Shown here: piece after piece, positions 25,356 through 39,900 of the stretch | Numbering within the stretch: position 1 is the first letter of the stretch | Layout: every line of letters starts with the position of its first letter | From: Azolla caroliniana | Lineage: Eukaryota; Plantae; Polypodiophyta | Length of the DNA stretch: 64,000 nucleotides | NCBI GenBank assembly: GCA_043228905.1 | Contig: JBHGNT010000006.1 | Coordinates: 7,626,001-7,690,000, forward strand | Direction: 5' to 3' | Program-made: the position numbers and the translations under genes | Notes under the pieces: model-generated | What the model saw: the letters and a program-made list of their open reading frames with translations, nothing else | Database searches by the model: none | Told to the model about the DNA's origin: nothing

Positions 25356-26539
25356 TAGAATTTCACACTAATGAATAACCTTCGTAACGGTAGGCCCATG
25401 CGACATCCTCATCATTGGATGAGGGCTGTCCAAGAAGCAAGACCAATGAACCATCAACAAATACAACATTTCTTTATAGACAAACAACATATTCACAGCC
25501 CCAATGTAGAATATGTTGAGACTCATTTGACTGCATTTCCCGATTTTTCTCATAATTGATCTGAAAATACTCAGAATCAAAGGATTTGATGTAGGGAGTC
25601 ATTAAGTAATGCACAACTCAATACTCTGGACAGTTTTAGGCAAACATAACACTATTTACAAGATATTTGTTAAGAGACATTTCATTAATTATGTCAATTG
25701 ATCAAAATAAAGACAAATTTATTAATCAATGATGAATTACTTAATGAGCCAATTCATTAATCACGATAAGGAAAATGATCTATCAGCTATAAAGGTAAAT
25801 CAAATAAGTGAAGAGTACATGTAGAAATGGAGGCATCGTGATTAGTTTAATACCTTCTGAGAAACTCTTCCACTTGGTTGCACACATCTCAACATAAAAT
25901 TTTTCCCCTTTCGGCATGCAATACTCTCAATACTCATCTAGAATACTCTCAACACATTTTTCATATCCTCAATTCTCATCGAACATTACTTGGCTCATTT
26001 TCTCAAACTTCTCCAATACTATTTATTTATCAAGCATGTGAAATCAACAAAATCTGTTCTAAAAACGTTTGCAGTTCACTGCAAAAAACCATGATCATTT
26101 CTTATTAAGAAATTTTCAAACTTTTCCAGAGACAATAAAATACAGAAGTATTGCTGGGTAGGCAAACTCCATCCATTCTTTATCCTTTGATAGAAATCTT
26201 CACATTTTCACATAATCTTTTAATCGAAAAAAGGAAATGAGCATTCAACAAAACCTGCAATTTTATGGCTCACTTTGCTATTAAACTTTTACATCAATAT
26301 ATATAGTTCTCCAAACAACAGACCAAAGCAATGTCTAGACAATTTTTGCATTCTTTTTCTCTAAATTCAGTCAAGTTAAAACACTATAAATTGCCTAGAG
26401 TTGGCAATAACGACATTAAAAGGTAACCTTTCTCAAGCAGTATCTTTTTCTCTATTACAACCTTGATTGTGTCATGATACAAGTTTATACATGGGTTTTG
26501 TTTTTTGCTTTATGCCATGTATGAAAAGAAAAGAAAAAA

Positions 26540-29500
26540 TCATGGCAGTGGTGGGGGTGGCACAGCTTGAGCATGTAATCGCCGTTTCCGCAGATAGAGC
26601 ACAGTCATAAGGCAAACAAATAGAGTTGCCATTGTGATGTTTCCTTCATCAAGCAAAATATTCTTCAACCAGTCTCCAATTTGTGGCACCACTTCAGGTA
26701 AAGCATCCAATAGTTTAACCTGAATTTCATGAGCTTACACAATTAGCCATATATATATATGAAACTTTTGCGATTGAAAAAATATAAAAAAGCCAAATAT
26801 TGAAAAAGCCCTTAGACAACCGATAAAATTTAATATGTTTCTCTACAGACTTCTGTCATTGAAAATAGCTGTTCATATAAAAGATCTTAACTGACAAACG
26901 TTTTGATCAGTTTTCAATATAAACGTTTTGATCAGTTTTCAATATAAAAATATTGCAGAAAATTTACCAAAACGCCATCCAACTTTTGAAATTTACCAGA
27001 AACATATGTACAAAACAGTTAATGGGATATCAGTGATCAAGAATTAAACTAGTTGGATTTTGGAGAAACTGAGAATTTTAATTCAAGCACAGAGGAATAC
27101 ACTGCTGATTAGTAACAAATTGGACAATATTGGGATAATTCATTACAATTAGAGGAGATTATGAGGCGGTAACTATTGCACTCAGAAATTAAGAGGTCAT
27201 AAATTGCAAATTAAAGGAGATTAAAACGTGAGTGAACCCAAAATCCTCAAAAAGCAAAGCAAACATGAGAAACTACACGAAACTCTGTAGAGACTTGGAG
27301 CAAAAGAAAACAAAGAAGGAAAGTTATCATCTCCAACATTTAGATGGATGTTTTGGGTATTTCATGGAGTATTGATATTATTCGTTAATAATTAAAAGTA
27401 GCTTACCAAAATGTTATCTTTATAATTTTGCCGCAACCAGAGCCCAGTGAGAGCAAGATACACTGGCAACGCTGCAGATGGGTTGGTCTGAACGGCTTCG
27501 TCGTAGTATCTCTTGGCAAGGTGAAAATCCCTAGGAAGGCCTTCACCATGCTCATGCATGTATCCTAGATTAAATATCGCTTGTGCATTTGCTTGTAAAC
27601 GGGCATGCTTATATGCACCCGCAGCACGTTCCCAATCTCTCTCTGTTCCCTGTAAAAGCAAACCATTATACAACGAGAATTAACAATTGATAGATGAGAT
27701 GGAATTTGGCAGATAATGGAATTCGAAACAAATAATTAAGGCACAATTTTAGAAAACAAATCCTCCTAAAACATAGGAGTTATAGACACTTCGCAATTTA
27801 TGTGAAAAAGCCCAAGGCGATGTACTTCCACTTATTTACTTACATATTGGTGAATTATGAACTGATAAGTAATATAGATATTGAAACAGAGGAATCTGTG
27901 CAAAATTAATTATGAAATGCTACGAAATGTGAACTCCTTATTTCAGCCTTTACAAACCCATAAAACAAAATACTGCCTACAGAGAATAAGTTCTAAATAT
28001 CAATTTTGAAACGTCACATGTATCTTGCTGATTCTAAAACACCAGGTGTTAGAAATGTTAATAAGCATACCCGACCATAATAATAAGCATCTCCAATAAG
28101 AAGTGCTGCATCATCATTCCCCTGTTCAGAGGCATGCCACCAGAGAGTATGAGCTCTTCGGTAACGCTCTGCAGTTTCGCAGAAGCCAGACTGCCCTAGA
28201 CAATATTCCTCTTCATGATACCTCTCTAAAATCCATGCAGCATTACTTTGTGCGATCTCATAACCAAGGTCAGCTGCTCTGGAGTATAAAAGCAATGCTT
28301 TCCCTATCTCCCCTTTCAAATAGCTTTCCAACGCCCACCTCATAAGTGAACCCCATGGACCTCTTTCAGCAACCATTTTATACAACATTGTCGCCTGCAA
28401 AACATGACTCTCAATTAATCATAGATGGAACTAATATGTGCATGCAAGTCTTATGAATAAACCAGAACCACAAACTAATCACATTTGATTGTGTTAGATT
28501 ACAGTTATTATCATCATTAGTACAAATATGGACAAAAATAGAAGTGTATGCATATGTTCAAGACAACAATAATTGCTCATATTATCATCATATATTTGAT
28601 GGTTAATTATGAGGAATTTGTCAAGTTATTACTTGCATACATAAATTTCTATCTAAATAACATGTGTGGTTGTCCATGCAATCCATTCCTAGATCACCTC
28701 TATGAACTTGAACAAGGAGTAAAATAAACTAACCATTGCTAAGTCTTTTGGCACACCCATGCCCTTCTGGAACAACTTGGCTAATTGATAAAAAGCCTTG
28801 GGATGTCCAGCATTTGCAGCATTCACAAGATGTTTGCTTGCTGCTTTAATGTCTCTTTTGACTCCTTTGCCTTTCAGATATAATACCCCCAAGTTGTAGA
28901 GTCCATCTGGATCATTGTGTTCTGCTGCCTTTTTGAAATAATCTCTAGCCTGTGCACAATTTCCTTAAATATGAGCATGTACTTCATATTTTCACTCACC
29001 TCAAAGACATGAATAGTTAAACAGAAGCTTTATGAATACGTTTCAGAGGGTGACAACTTCTACTTCTGCAACATCACTAATGATTGGCGCAGAATTGTAG
29101 AGTGGTTCACAAGGATACAAATATTAATTTCACTCCACTGGATAGACTGAATAAGTAAATTATGTTCAATTTTCCTCAAACTAAATTCCACAGTTTAATA
29201 TTCAGTGTAGAAGCTCCACGTGATGTAATCGATTGTGCTATGAGGATGAATCATCGTAAAAAACAGCAAGTTCATTTGATGAGGAAGAAAATGGAAAAAA
29301 AATCTTCTTGGAGATGATAAGGAGAGTATAAAGTGAGGGATGCCATTTTCCACCCAGAAAATCATTAGGATATATGTTAGGAACCCTGTTTCAGCACATA
29401 CAAAGTTTTGTTCAGGCTGGAATTATGAGATCTTCCAAGTCATATTGCTCACAACATTCTAACATGCTAAAGTCATGAAGAACCAGCCAGTGTTCTGCTA

Positions 29501-32500
29501 CAAGTGCTAGAGAATCGTGTGAATTGAAAGGAGAGGGATGACTTATTTTTCACATAAGAGTGGGTGTTTCATCTGCAGGATGTAATTATGAGACCTTCCA
29601 GCCATAGATTGACATATCCGCATTCGTGGAGGTTACCGTACGAATGCATGAAAAAATATTCGTAAAAAAGAAGAAGAGTTCATAAAGTCCCTACTTTTTT
29701 GTTTCTTAGATTGTATCATATATCATATAAGTTATAACAAAGAGGACTTTGACAATAAAAAGGGGATATTTTACTTCACATTAAAAAGGAGACTTATACT
29801 AATAATATTTTTATAATAGATGTAAAACTTAAAAGTATTTGTTTTTTTTAATAAATAAATAAGGTTCATTAATTCCCCACTTTTTACTCTCCCACAAAAT
29901 TTGATATTTTTATCTGTCATTAAAAATGGGACCTCACACTAATAATATTTTTATAATAGGTATAAAACTTAAAAGTATTTGTTTTATTTTTAATAAATAA
30001 AGTAAAATAAATAAATAAATAAAAGGTTCATTAATTCCCCACTTTTTACTCTCCCACAAAATTTGATATTTTTATCTGACATTAAAAAAGGCACCTCACA
30101 CTAATAATATTTTTATAATAGATGTAAAAATATTTGTTTTTTTAATAATAAATAATAAATAAATAAACGAATGGTTCTGTAATATTTTTGGGGTCATTTT
30201 ATATTCTCGAATATTACAGATGGTGAATACCATGAATATCACGCTTGGGTCAATCTATGCTTCGAACTCATAATGCTTACGACATTCTAAAATGCTGAAG
30301 TCATGAAGAAGTCAGCTAGCATTCTGCTACCAGTGCTAGAGAATCATGTGAATTGAAAAGAGAGGGATGACCAACATATATGCATGTATAGACAAAGAAG
30401 AGGAGACTCAGCCATACAGCAGGCTGGCATGCAGAAAATGCATTATCAGCAATCTACAAAGTGTAGACAGGAGTCCAGCTGAGGTGGGAGTGTGTTCGCT
30501 CGTAGATGCAGTGCAAACCAAAAATGTCCCCGATAAGATCCTACATTGCATCAAGCAGATTTCAATTATTTGTAATTTCTCACTTCAAGGCAGATGAGGC
30601 TCTGAGATCAGTAAATTCTCCCTCTGGAAAAATCAGATCCATGATGTTTTGATTCAAAGGCGTCTGTGGAAACTCGTCAGCAGAACATGACTAGCCTACA
30701 TGGATGAAGAAGACTGAAAGGAACGAATCAACTAGCTAATTAGCAGGTAGTGTCCACTTCTCAGTGTTGGATTGTAAAAAACCCAAAGCACCTATGGAAC
30801 AAGCTGCTTTTGACCCAGCTCGTGGGACACATTTTGAACAGTGCTAACAAGTGCACCCAGTCGCATACTTTCATACACTGATGCATGTGGTGCACTTCTG
30901 AGCAAGGAAATCCAATGAAGTTCTATGGTGGGTGGAGAGGCAGATAACATGTGGGACTCATGGGGAAGTACCCAAAGCAAGGGCCATTTTCAGGACTGTT
31001 GCAACCCCCGAAATGGAGATAGGAACTCTAATGATGAGCATCAAGACAAACACCAGCACTAAAAATGACGAGTGAAGAAAAAAATGCCCACTGAAAGGCC
31101 AACTGCAAGAAGGAAGCAGAGAACCTCAGCTTCATGGCTGGGAACATCATCTTAGTCAAGATGTTATCATATCAATGGCATTCTTCCATGTTTATCCACA
31201 CATAGAGAGGATGACATCTTAACCATCCAGTCTGGCAACTCTCACCCCAATGTTCGATAATGTAAGAATTGGCGGAAGGAAAGGACTTCATGCTCGAGGA
31301 AATTTTCAATGTCCCTGAACTAAAAAGAGTTAGATATCGGTAGGAAGATTGGACGAGATCAAACAAGGTGGTGTTTTTGAAGCAGACATTCAAAAAACTC
31401 AAGGGAAACCTAGTTACTTTCAAGAGGTGACAAATACACTTACCTGTATCTGCTTTATGTAACTAAAAAGGAGTACCGGTTACTTACCACTGAGCACTCC
31501 ATTACTGCAATATAGCATGGCTGGTTGGGTCAGTCTATGGCTATCTACCAGCCTTGTCCATTTCCAATTTTCAGTTCTCTGAACACTCCCCTACGGAAAG
31601 CAAAAAGTAGGAATGTCCACGACACGCACGTACAATCTGCAATTAATCCACTTGACCGAAGGCAGAGCACTATACTTCTGAACACTTCGCTACAGAAAGC
31701 AAAAAGTAGGAATGTCCACAACACGCACGTACAATCTGCAATTAATCCACTTGACCGAAGGCAGAGCACTATACTTTCTAATCTTCATTGATGATGCCAC
31801 CAGGAAAGTGTGGCAGAAGCCCTTGAAGAGCATGGATGAAGTTTTCCCAACTTTCAAGGAGTTGTGAAGACAGAGAAAGGAATGAAGCTGAAGGCTCTAC
31901 AATCGGATAAGTAAGGAGGACACCCTTTTCCATGAGCCTCAGAAGTTTTGCAAAGACCAAGATATCTGCAGAGCACCTATTTCCCACATACATTCAAAAT
32001 AGCAGGACTGAAAGGATGAATCAAACTATCCAAGGGTGGATAGTGCCAATGCTTCAGCAGGCTAGCCTGAACCATGAGTTTGGGGCGAAAGAAATGTTGA
32101 CTGATGTTTACGTCATAAACATCATCAATCTCTCTTCTTGAAACAAATCAAAGCGTCTGAAGGTAGCATAAGAACTCTGGAGCGGGCAGGCTCTACATTA
32201 TAGAGATTTACAAGCATTTGGTTACAAGGCATATATATTCATGTGCCTAAGGAACTGCATCAAAAGCTGAATCCAAAATCGAGGAAATGCTTTTTCCTCA
32301 AGTTTGGGCATTAATTATGGGACTGGACAATGATCAGGTGCAATAACGCGGTCTCTTGCAAAGAAAAATGCATCATTAGCCAATCAAAGAGGTGGAATAC
32401 AAAGGGACATATCTGTAGATTACCGTGTCCTAGGATCGAGATCTTTTACTTCAGATGGGAGTAATCGGAATATAGTGAATGCGGAGGATGATTCGAAGGT

Positions 32501-35500
32501 AGAAGTAGAGTGAAGGCCACATGAGAATGAAGTCAGTGGGACCTGAAGCACAGATGAACGGACAAGTGGATTTATGTTCGCTAATGCTGATATCAGCGGA
32601 TGTCGGAGGACCCTAACATCCCAATGGATCGCAGCAAATAGCAACCATATCGAGCTAAAGGGTTTATGGAGAAACCTGAAACTCGACCTCTCAGACCGAC
32701 AATCATGCCCTGTGAGAAAAGCCGTTAATAGCAGCAGCGGAACAATTGTTGGAACAAAATAGACACAGCCAAGATATGAGAAGGCTGTTAGACAGCAGTA
32801 GAAAAAATGGTTACAAAGAGTAGAGACAGCCAAAGAGTAGAGCAGAGCTTGTTTCAAGAAAGTCATAGTTACTGCCACAGTTTACCCGTGCTTGGTTGAA
32901 TTTCTTCACTGCCCAGCTGTTTCAACAACAGAAGCAGAATATGTCACAGACAGCTCAGCATGCAAAGAAGTTGGTTGCAGATATGTGAGCAATTCAATGA
33001 AGTGTGATCTTTCACAGCAACAGCCGAAGTGCAATCACAGTGGCAAAAATTCCAGTTTTTCGAGCAAAGAAAAAACATCTTGATGTATATCACAACTTCA
33101 TTCAAGATTACATGTAGAAGAACTGTATCATTCTGGAGCAAGATGCATAAGATGGACAAGACCACGGACGCACTGACAAAGGCTCTATTTGTGAGCTGCT
33201 TTTGCCATTACTGCAGAGTGATGTCGATTAGAGACCCATTATAGTCTCTGCAACATACCCTCTAGGTGTGAGATGGGAAATATATATACCATTCTATTTA
33301 AATTAGTATTACTAAGATGCAGTGTTAATCCACCAACAAATGTAACTAGTTAGTACTATCCCAGCCAGTTGGCCTTTGGTGGGAGATTGTTGTAATAAAT
33401 GTGCATTGAGTAGATGGAAAGCCCATTTTGACCTGCCAGTGTAAACTCACCAACCTACTTATAAAAAGATGTTAACTAGGGCTTAGAGGGGTGACTGATC
33501 TTGTGGTGCTTTGTAGCTGTGAACGCACAGCACATATCTCTGTGTATTATCTTTGGTTTCCCCTCTCTTTGGTCTACTGCTTCAGTGGGTCCTTTATTGT
33601 TGGCCTTCTGCTTAGTTCCTGCCATCAACAGAAACTATCCACTAACTTGCAGGCTGCCGAACACAATACAAAATGTAAATGAGAGTTATGGGAATGACCA
33701 CTCAACCTGTGACTGGTTAAAACCGAGACAAAAAAAAGAAGCCCTTCTGAATTCAGTAAGGCAATGTCTTGACATCATTCCGAAGTTTGGTATACAAGGA
33801 ATACCAAGGACCATGTTGAGCATTGATGGTGTGTTACATGTTGCCAGGAATCAGAAACCAGACACTTCTTTTTAAAATACAAGTTAATTGACATTGCTGC
33901 AGTTACTACAACTGCAATTAAACACATGACGATTTGTGAATGGATTTGGGATTTCTAGAGCACACACAAGCATATGTGCAACAACATGATTATGTCAGCT
34001 GCTTCATATTTCAGAGTGAGATGGAAATATAGAGGTGTATGATGTTGTTAATGAACTAAAGGCAGCCAAGAAGTAAACGAGAGCAATAAAAAAATCTCAT
34101 GAACAGTGAACGTCATGTGAATTGATAAAGTGAGGGATATCCACATATGTTAAAGAGGAGAAACAGAAAACGATAAGCATAAAATCAACTAATCCTTCGT
34201 TCAAATGACAAATCCAAATTCGATGTACCTTAGTATAATTTCTCTTTTCTACACCCTGGCCTTTTACGTACAAGTATCCAATGCCATTATATGCAGAGTA
34301 TCGCTTGTTTCTCAATGCTGCCTGGAACCATTCAAGGGCTCTCGTGAAATTTCTCTCAACTCCATGGCCCCTTGCAAAAATTTCTCCAACAAACTCCATT
34401 GCTGTTGAATCCCCCTTCTCCACTGCCTTAAGAAACCAGTCCAAGGCCTTGGCATCATCTCGCCGCACTCCTCGTAAACCAGAGTAATAGAAAATACCCA
34501 CTTTGAACATGGCTGCTGCATTTCCTTTCCGCGCTTGATATTCTAGAATTTGAAAATCATCATCTTCTTCACCTCGGAATCTTCTCAATGCCTCTTTGTT
34601 TTCTTCTAATCCATCATTTAGAGGAACTGGTTCTACCAATGGGCTGTCAATTGAGCTTGAAAAACTTGCCACAGCTGTTCCTGCAAGCTCTGCATACAAT
34701 GCTACTGCCTCTTCATTCATCTGGATGAAACAAATTGGAAAAGTAATGTAACCGTTGCAGAGATTTATAGAAAAAGAAAATTCTTACTATCAACATTATG
34801 TGCTCTTTTAATGTGAACGAAATCACTTGTGAGAACTCAATTCGTAGTGTCTACAAACATTCTGACAAAAGAATATCGAATAAAAATTTCTGCAATCAGA
34901 AAATTGAGAGCTTGATGCTTTCAAGCATAAATATGGAAATTTCAAAACTACTCATTCTTCCACACAATATGCCAGATAACTAATTGAAAACTATGCTTCC
35001 AATCACACACAAAAATTCCTTGAATTCATCTGGATTAAACAAATTAGAAAAGTAATGTAACCGTTGCAGCGATTTATAGAAAAAAGAAAATTCTTAATAT
35101 CAACATTATGTGCTCTTTTAATATGAACGACATCACTTGTGAGAACTCAATTCATAGTGGCTAAAAACATTCTGACAAAGGAATATCGGATAAGAATTTC
35201 CACAATCAGCAAATTGAGAGCATGATGCTTTCAAGCATAAATATGGAAATTTCAAAACTACACATTCTTCCACACACTATGCCAGATAACTAATTGAAAA
35301 CTATGCTTCCCATCACACAAAAAAAATCCTTAAATTTGAATTGCAAATCTAAGATAATAAATGAAATTAGCTGTATTGCACCAGGTGCCAAGTAATTGAG
35401 CAAGATAAACCATAGGTAGATATTATTCTTACAGTTCTAATTCAATGTCACCCACATAGCTAAATTGTAAACTATATTAAAAATATGCTTTGAACTACAA

Positions 35501-36743
35501 AAGATAGAAAATCCCTTGGGGTGTGAATTGCGGAACTATGGTGTTAAACAAAATCTATATTATGTCTTATGCTGCCAATTTTATGGTTTAAATTGTTTGG
35601 CTTGAAGATTTCTTAAATAAATCGATTTAAATTTTGAGGATCTCTTAAATTGTTTGATTTAGGTTTGAGGGTCTCTTAAATGGTTCAGATCAAACAGTTT
35701 GGCAGTTTGATTTGGTTTCGTTTAGGCTACAGTTCTCTTAATCACTTTAAGCAAATCAAATCATTGCCGATGGTCTATGACTAATAACGGTACACCTTAT
35801 GCTAGCAAGCATAAAACAAAATAAACCATATTTATGGATCCTTATTCCCCACTCATGCCAGCATAAATCAGAAACTACATTGAAATATACGCTTTCAACC
35901 ATGAAACTATGGAAATTTCCACATAGCTTTCAAAATTATGGCTTCTTCTTTCACGTAACTTTATGGCAATTTTTGCAATAGTAGTAAAATAGGATAACCA
36001 TACATGACTATAATACTGTGTTTGATGCTTTCTATCAATAAAATAGGAAAAAAAATGAATAATGACAAACCAGAGAATAATGGAGAAAGAAATACCTGTT
36101 GGCGAAAGTATCCATAAGCAAGAGCGAGTTTGGATTGGAAATTCCCACTTTCAGCAGCAAATGAATGATAAAGAAAAGCTTTTGAATCACTATGTTCAAC
36201 ACCAATTCCATTCCCATATAAAAATGCCAATGTAGATTGAGCATGAGCATGCCCTTCTTCAGCAGCTTTTCTAAATTGAGAAACCGCAGCAGATAAAGTA
36301 TCTGGGTCGCCATAGGTAGCCGCATCAAGCATCTTTCTCACCCCTTCTATATACAACAAATCTTCTGATACAGTCGAAGGAGAAGAAGAAGAAGACATAT
36401 CTGAATCTCTTTTTTCTTCGATCTCACCATAGTCTTCTGCTATGGTTTTCCACGAGCCAGGGTCCAGATCTTCAGGGTTCAGATCATCAAAATCACTGAA
36501 ATCTTCTTCTTCTTCTTGTTCGTGTTCCAATACTGAGGATTCTTTTTCTTCTGATGAGTGAAGGAGGAGTGATTCTGTGTTGATGAGTTTCTCTTGGTTC
36601 GGAGATCGTTTTGTTGCTTGGTCATCTGCGAAGATGAGAACAAGTTTCTTCTGTCCTTTTCGAGCTGCTGCAAAGGAGGGGGGTATGGAGATGGAGAGGA
36701 AGAGGAGAAGGAAAAGCAGGCGCTTCAGAACGAGATCTACCAT
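26540..36743 (-). CDS. HRD3: ERAD-associated E3 ligase component HRD3/SEL1L (EBS5-like), Sel1-repeat membrane protein, 700 aa
   Basis: Phase-0 GT-AG exons 36743-36096, 34720-34229, 28949-28734, 28394-28071, 27649-27407, 26719-26540. Signal peptide, Sel1 repeats ([22 protein letters not shown]; [28 protein letters not shown]), [10 protein letters not shown]-terminal [26 protein letters not shown]. Confidence 0.96.
29603..30259. mobile_element. hAT-type MITE in HRD3 intron 2 with about 2.5 internal 140-160 bp tandem units
   Basis: TIR CATAGATTGAC/GTCAATCTATG; degenerate 8-bp TSD CTTCCAGC/CTTCGAAC. Confidence 0.7.
30500..33630 (+). mobile_element. Heavily decayed copia (related to A) in HRD3 intron 2, antisense to the gene; left boundary approximate
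   Basis: Remnants [35 protein letters not shown]; PPT GGTGGGAGA followed by an LTR-like segment 33388-33630; most of RT missing; about 102-bp tandem duplication at 31575-31775. Confidence 0.7.
34715..35332. repeat. About 309-bp tandem duplication covering the HRD3 intron 1 acceptor
   Basis: Two highly similar copies start ATTCATCTGGAT at 34715 and 35024. Confidence 0.92.
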
Positions 36744-36839
36744 CGCAACTCTCTCTCTGTCTCTCTCTTCTGTTCTTCTTCTTCTTCTTCTTCTCCACCT
36801 CCTCCTGCTTCGTTCTCGTGGACAAAAATACACTCTTGT

Positions 36840-36878
36840 CCGACGTGGCATCCCCTTCCTCTATTATCCGACGTGGCA
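36840..36878. promoter_or_regulatory. Two CCGACGTGGCA motifs (UPRE/bZIP-like) proximal to HRD3
   Basis: At 36840-36850 and 36868-36878, about 97 and 125 bp upstream of the HRD3 ATG. The function is inferred from the ACGTGG core and the ERAD gene context. Confidence 0.6.
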
Positions 36879-36904
36879 TTCTCCTCTTGTTCCTCTACTC
36901 TCTC

Positions 36905-39900
36905 ATGGAGGAGGGGAAAGCACAGTCGATTATCTCATAGGACGCCCTGAAGCTACCCACATGATTAACTCCTTCCGAGTGGCCCCATGTCCTATTGGCG
37001 CGGACCATAGTTTCTTATACTTCGAGATAAAATGCGATATCTCTAACGTCACCAACTCTAGTCAACCACGCCATGACATCACAATACATTTCACACATGA
37101 GCTCTCTGACATATATGCTCGACATGTTCAAGCCCATCTCTCCTCCCTTGATCCCTCCCTACCTTTAGAGAGCCTTAATACGAAACTCACACACATCCTT
37201 CATTCTGCAGCGGTTAGCAGCTTCCCATACACGAAACACTCCAATCAAGGTAAAGTAGGATCTATGCCACAAAATAGATGGTATGATGAGGATTGTAGGT
37301 GCTTACATCGACAACTTACAATATCGCAACTCAGTGGTAGTATTACCTCAGTACAAGCTCGTAAAGAAATGCGCAAGATGACACGTCGTAAGAGACGAGC
37401 ATGGGAGGCATCCCAATATTGGGAACTCTACCACATGCTCATGAGTAACGATTGTGCCACTGCATGGAAGAGATTACGGGAACCAAGACCACAAACACCC
37501 ATCGAAGATCCCGAAACTTGGCACACTTATACAGAGAGACTTTACCACATCCCAAACCAACCACCCATTCCAATGCCTTCCACACCCCGACCTACTGTGG
37601 GGACACTCTTCACGACCTCTAGGGTCACGAAGGTCATAAAGAAATTACAACATAGGAAGTCCATGGACCACACAGGATTGCGAGCAGAACACATCATATA
37701 CGCGAGAGAGTGCCTAGCTCCCTTACTAACTCTAATCTTCAATCGTGCCCTTGCAGAGGGTTTTCCATCACAATGGACCATGAACACATTGGCCCCCATA
37801 CATAAGGGGGGGGACCCCATGGACCCAAATACTTATAGGACCATTATGATAGGTCATACCCTTGCTAAATTATATGGTGCAGTAATGGAGGCAGAGCTTA
37901 GCGAGTATATGGAGACCTTAAATCTTCGTGCACCTGAACAGGCCGGCTTTAGACAAGCCTTCTCCACTATTGACCATATCTTCACACTTAGATGCTTAAT
38001 TGACCAGACTAAGGCTCGCAAGAAGAAACTATATTGTTGTTTTGTGGACTTCCGCAAAGCCTTTGACACGGTCCCTAGAGAGCGGTTGTTTGATAGGCTT
38101 AAGAGCTTGAGGATACCAGATGACATGGTTTGGGCCATCTACGCACTATATGAACAAGTGTCCGGGTGTGTTCGATGCCCATGCGACATATCCGATAGTT
38201 TCACTAGCACTATTGGTGTAAAACAAGGTTGCCCCTTATCTCCGACTCTTTTTGGGATCTACATTGATGAGATCACAGATTTTATTGCTCGTAAGGGAGG
38301 CAATGGAGTAGTCCTTGGAGATACGCAGGTGCGTATCTTGCTCTATGCAGATGACATAGTTTTGCTCTCTGAATCCGAACACGACCTACAAAGGCACCTT
38401 AATGCCTTAGATGACTTTTGCACACAACGAGGATTGGTAGTGAATCTAGGGAAAACTAAAGTCCTTATCTTCCACACGTCGGCCCAAGTTAGAGCTAAGT
38501 GTCACCTAACTATCTCCCATAGCCCAGTTGAGGTGGTTGGATCATATGTCTATCTCGGAGTCACTTTCAGTGCCCGCTCAGGTAAATTTTCAATGACACA
38601 AGCAGCGAAGGATAGACTTACAAGAGGACATGCATCCCTCTCACTCCTCGAGAGACAATGCCACCAAGCATACTTCCAAGAGCCACGAACTAAAGGGTGG
38701 CTCTTTGACTCATTAGTGACTCCCTCTCTCATGTATGCATCAGCGGTTTGGGCCCCAGGACTACCATCTTTCATGTGGACGCAATTAGAGAGACCATTGG
38801 TGATGATGTTAGAGAGACCATTAGAGAGACCATTAGAGAGACCTATCACGCCAACTCCGAAGCAAATCGTCGGTCCCACATGACATTATTAGGGCTGAGT
38901 TCACTCTACCCCCTATGTTAGTAGAAGCACTTTTTCAACTGGTAGTCTTTATACACAGGATACATAACCAACCACTTGATAGAATATCCCACCAAGCCTT
39001 TAAGGCTTCTCGAGCACTGTATGAGTCCGGATATACTAGCTCATGGTATGGCATGATGGTGAGTTGGCTTCTTGCCAACGGTCTAGACATTACTAACCTC
39101 CCCCCCCTTAAGTACAACCACACGAATGATAACACTTTACTCTCTCATGAGGACCGTAATAAAGTAATACGCCAAGAAATATGGCAAATTTATACCCGGT
39201 ATAAATGGATCACCCCACTAGAGCCACTCCCATCTAAAATGTCGTACTATAAGGAACACTTTATGCACTTCTCTGAGTTAGGTTTTATCACGCGCCCAAA
39301 ATATCTAGATGTATTCTTACCACATGCACTAAGGGTTGCCATTGGTCAACTTAGAATATCATCTCACCAACTTGAGATTGAGAATGGACATACTAATGGA
39401 GTCCCTAGGGAGGAAAGGATATGTAGGTTATGCCACATAGAGATAGAGGATGAGTACCATTTTACATGCAAATGCCCCACCTATGCCGAGATAAGGGCAA
39501 AATACCAAGACATACTTGGTTCCTCTCCCACCCTCCCTAAACTATTAGATACACTAGATATAAAGAAATTAGGTAGATACATCTTAGAATTGAAACACCA
39601 CAGAGAGAACAAATTACAAAACGTTGATAATAATGTTGCTAATGTTTACCAACATATAACAAATGAAGTTTTTCAGGAACAGGGGGAGACAATGAATGTC
39701 GACACACCTGCACCACTCAGACTTCTCCTTGATGAAGCAGAAAATCAAAGAAGAACCAAACGCCCTCGGATGCCGGGTTTCAAAGCAACTCGACGAGATG
39801 TAGAAGAAATAAAGAAAATAAGGGAACGTGAACTACACCACCTAGAAGCCATGGCTAGGGCACTCTATGCATCGGGACCATGGGTCACACCCACACCAAA

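Noticed and set aside
24412-25620. Decayed minus-strand coding remnant with a Cys/His cluster between the two genes
   Set aside because: It has stops and no identifiable family, so it cannot be called.
26897-26948. 25-bp perfect tandem duplication in HRD3 intron 5, and short duplications in FORKED-like introns
   Set aside because: Ordinary local slippage with no evident function.
35961-36851. 296-aa ORF taken whole as HRD3 exon 1
   Set aside because: The upstream part is GA-rich UTR-like repeat; the signal peptide starts at ATG 36743 and the donor site is at 36095.
36577-38883. 768-aa ORF as a gene overlapping HRD3 antisense
   Set aside because: The first ~110 codons are antisense HRD3 exon 1, UTR and promoter that happen to be open; LINE homology begins only near 36905.
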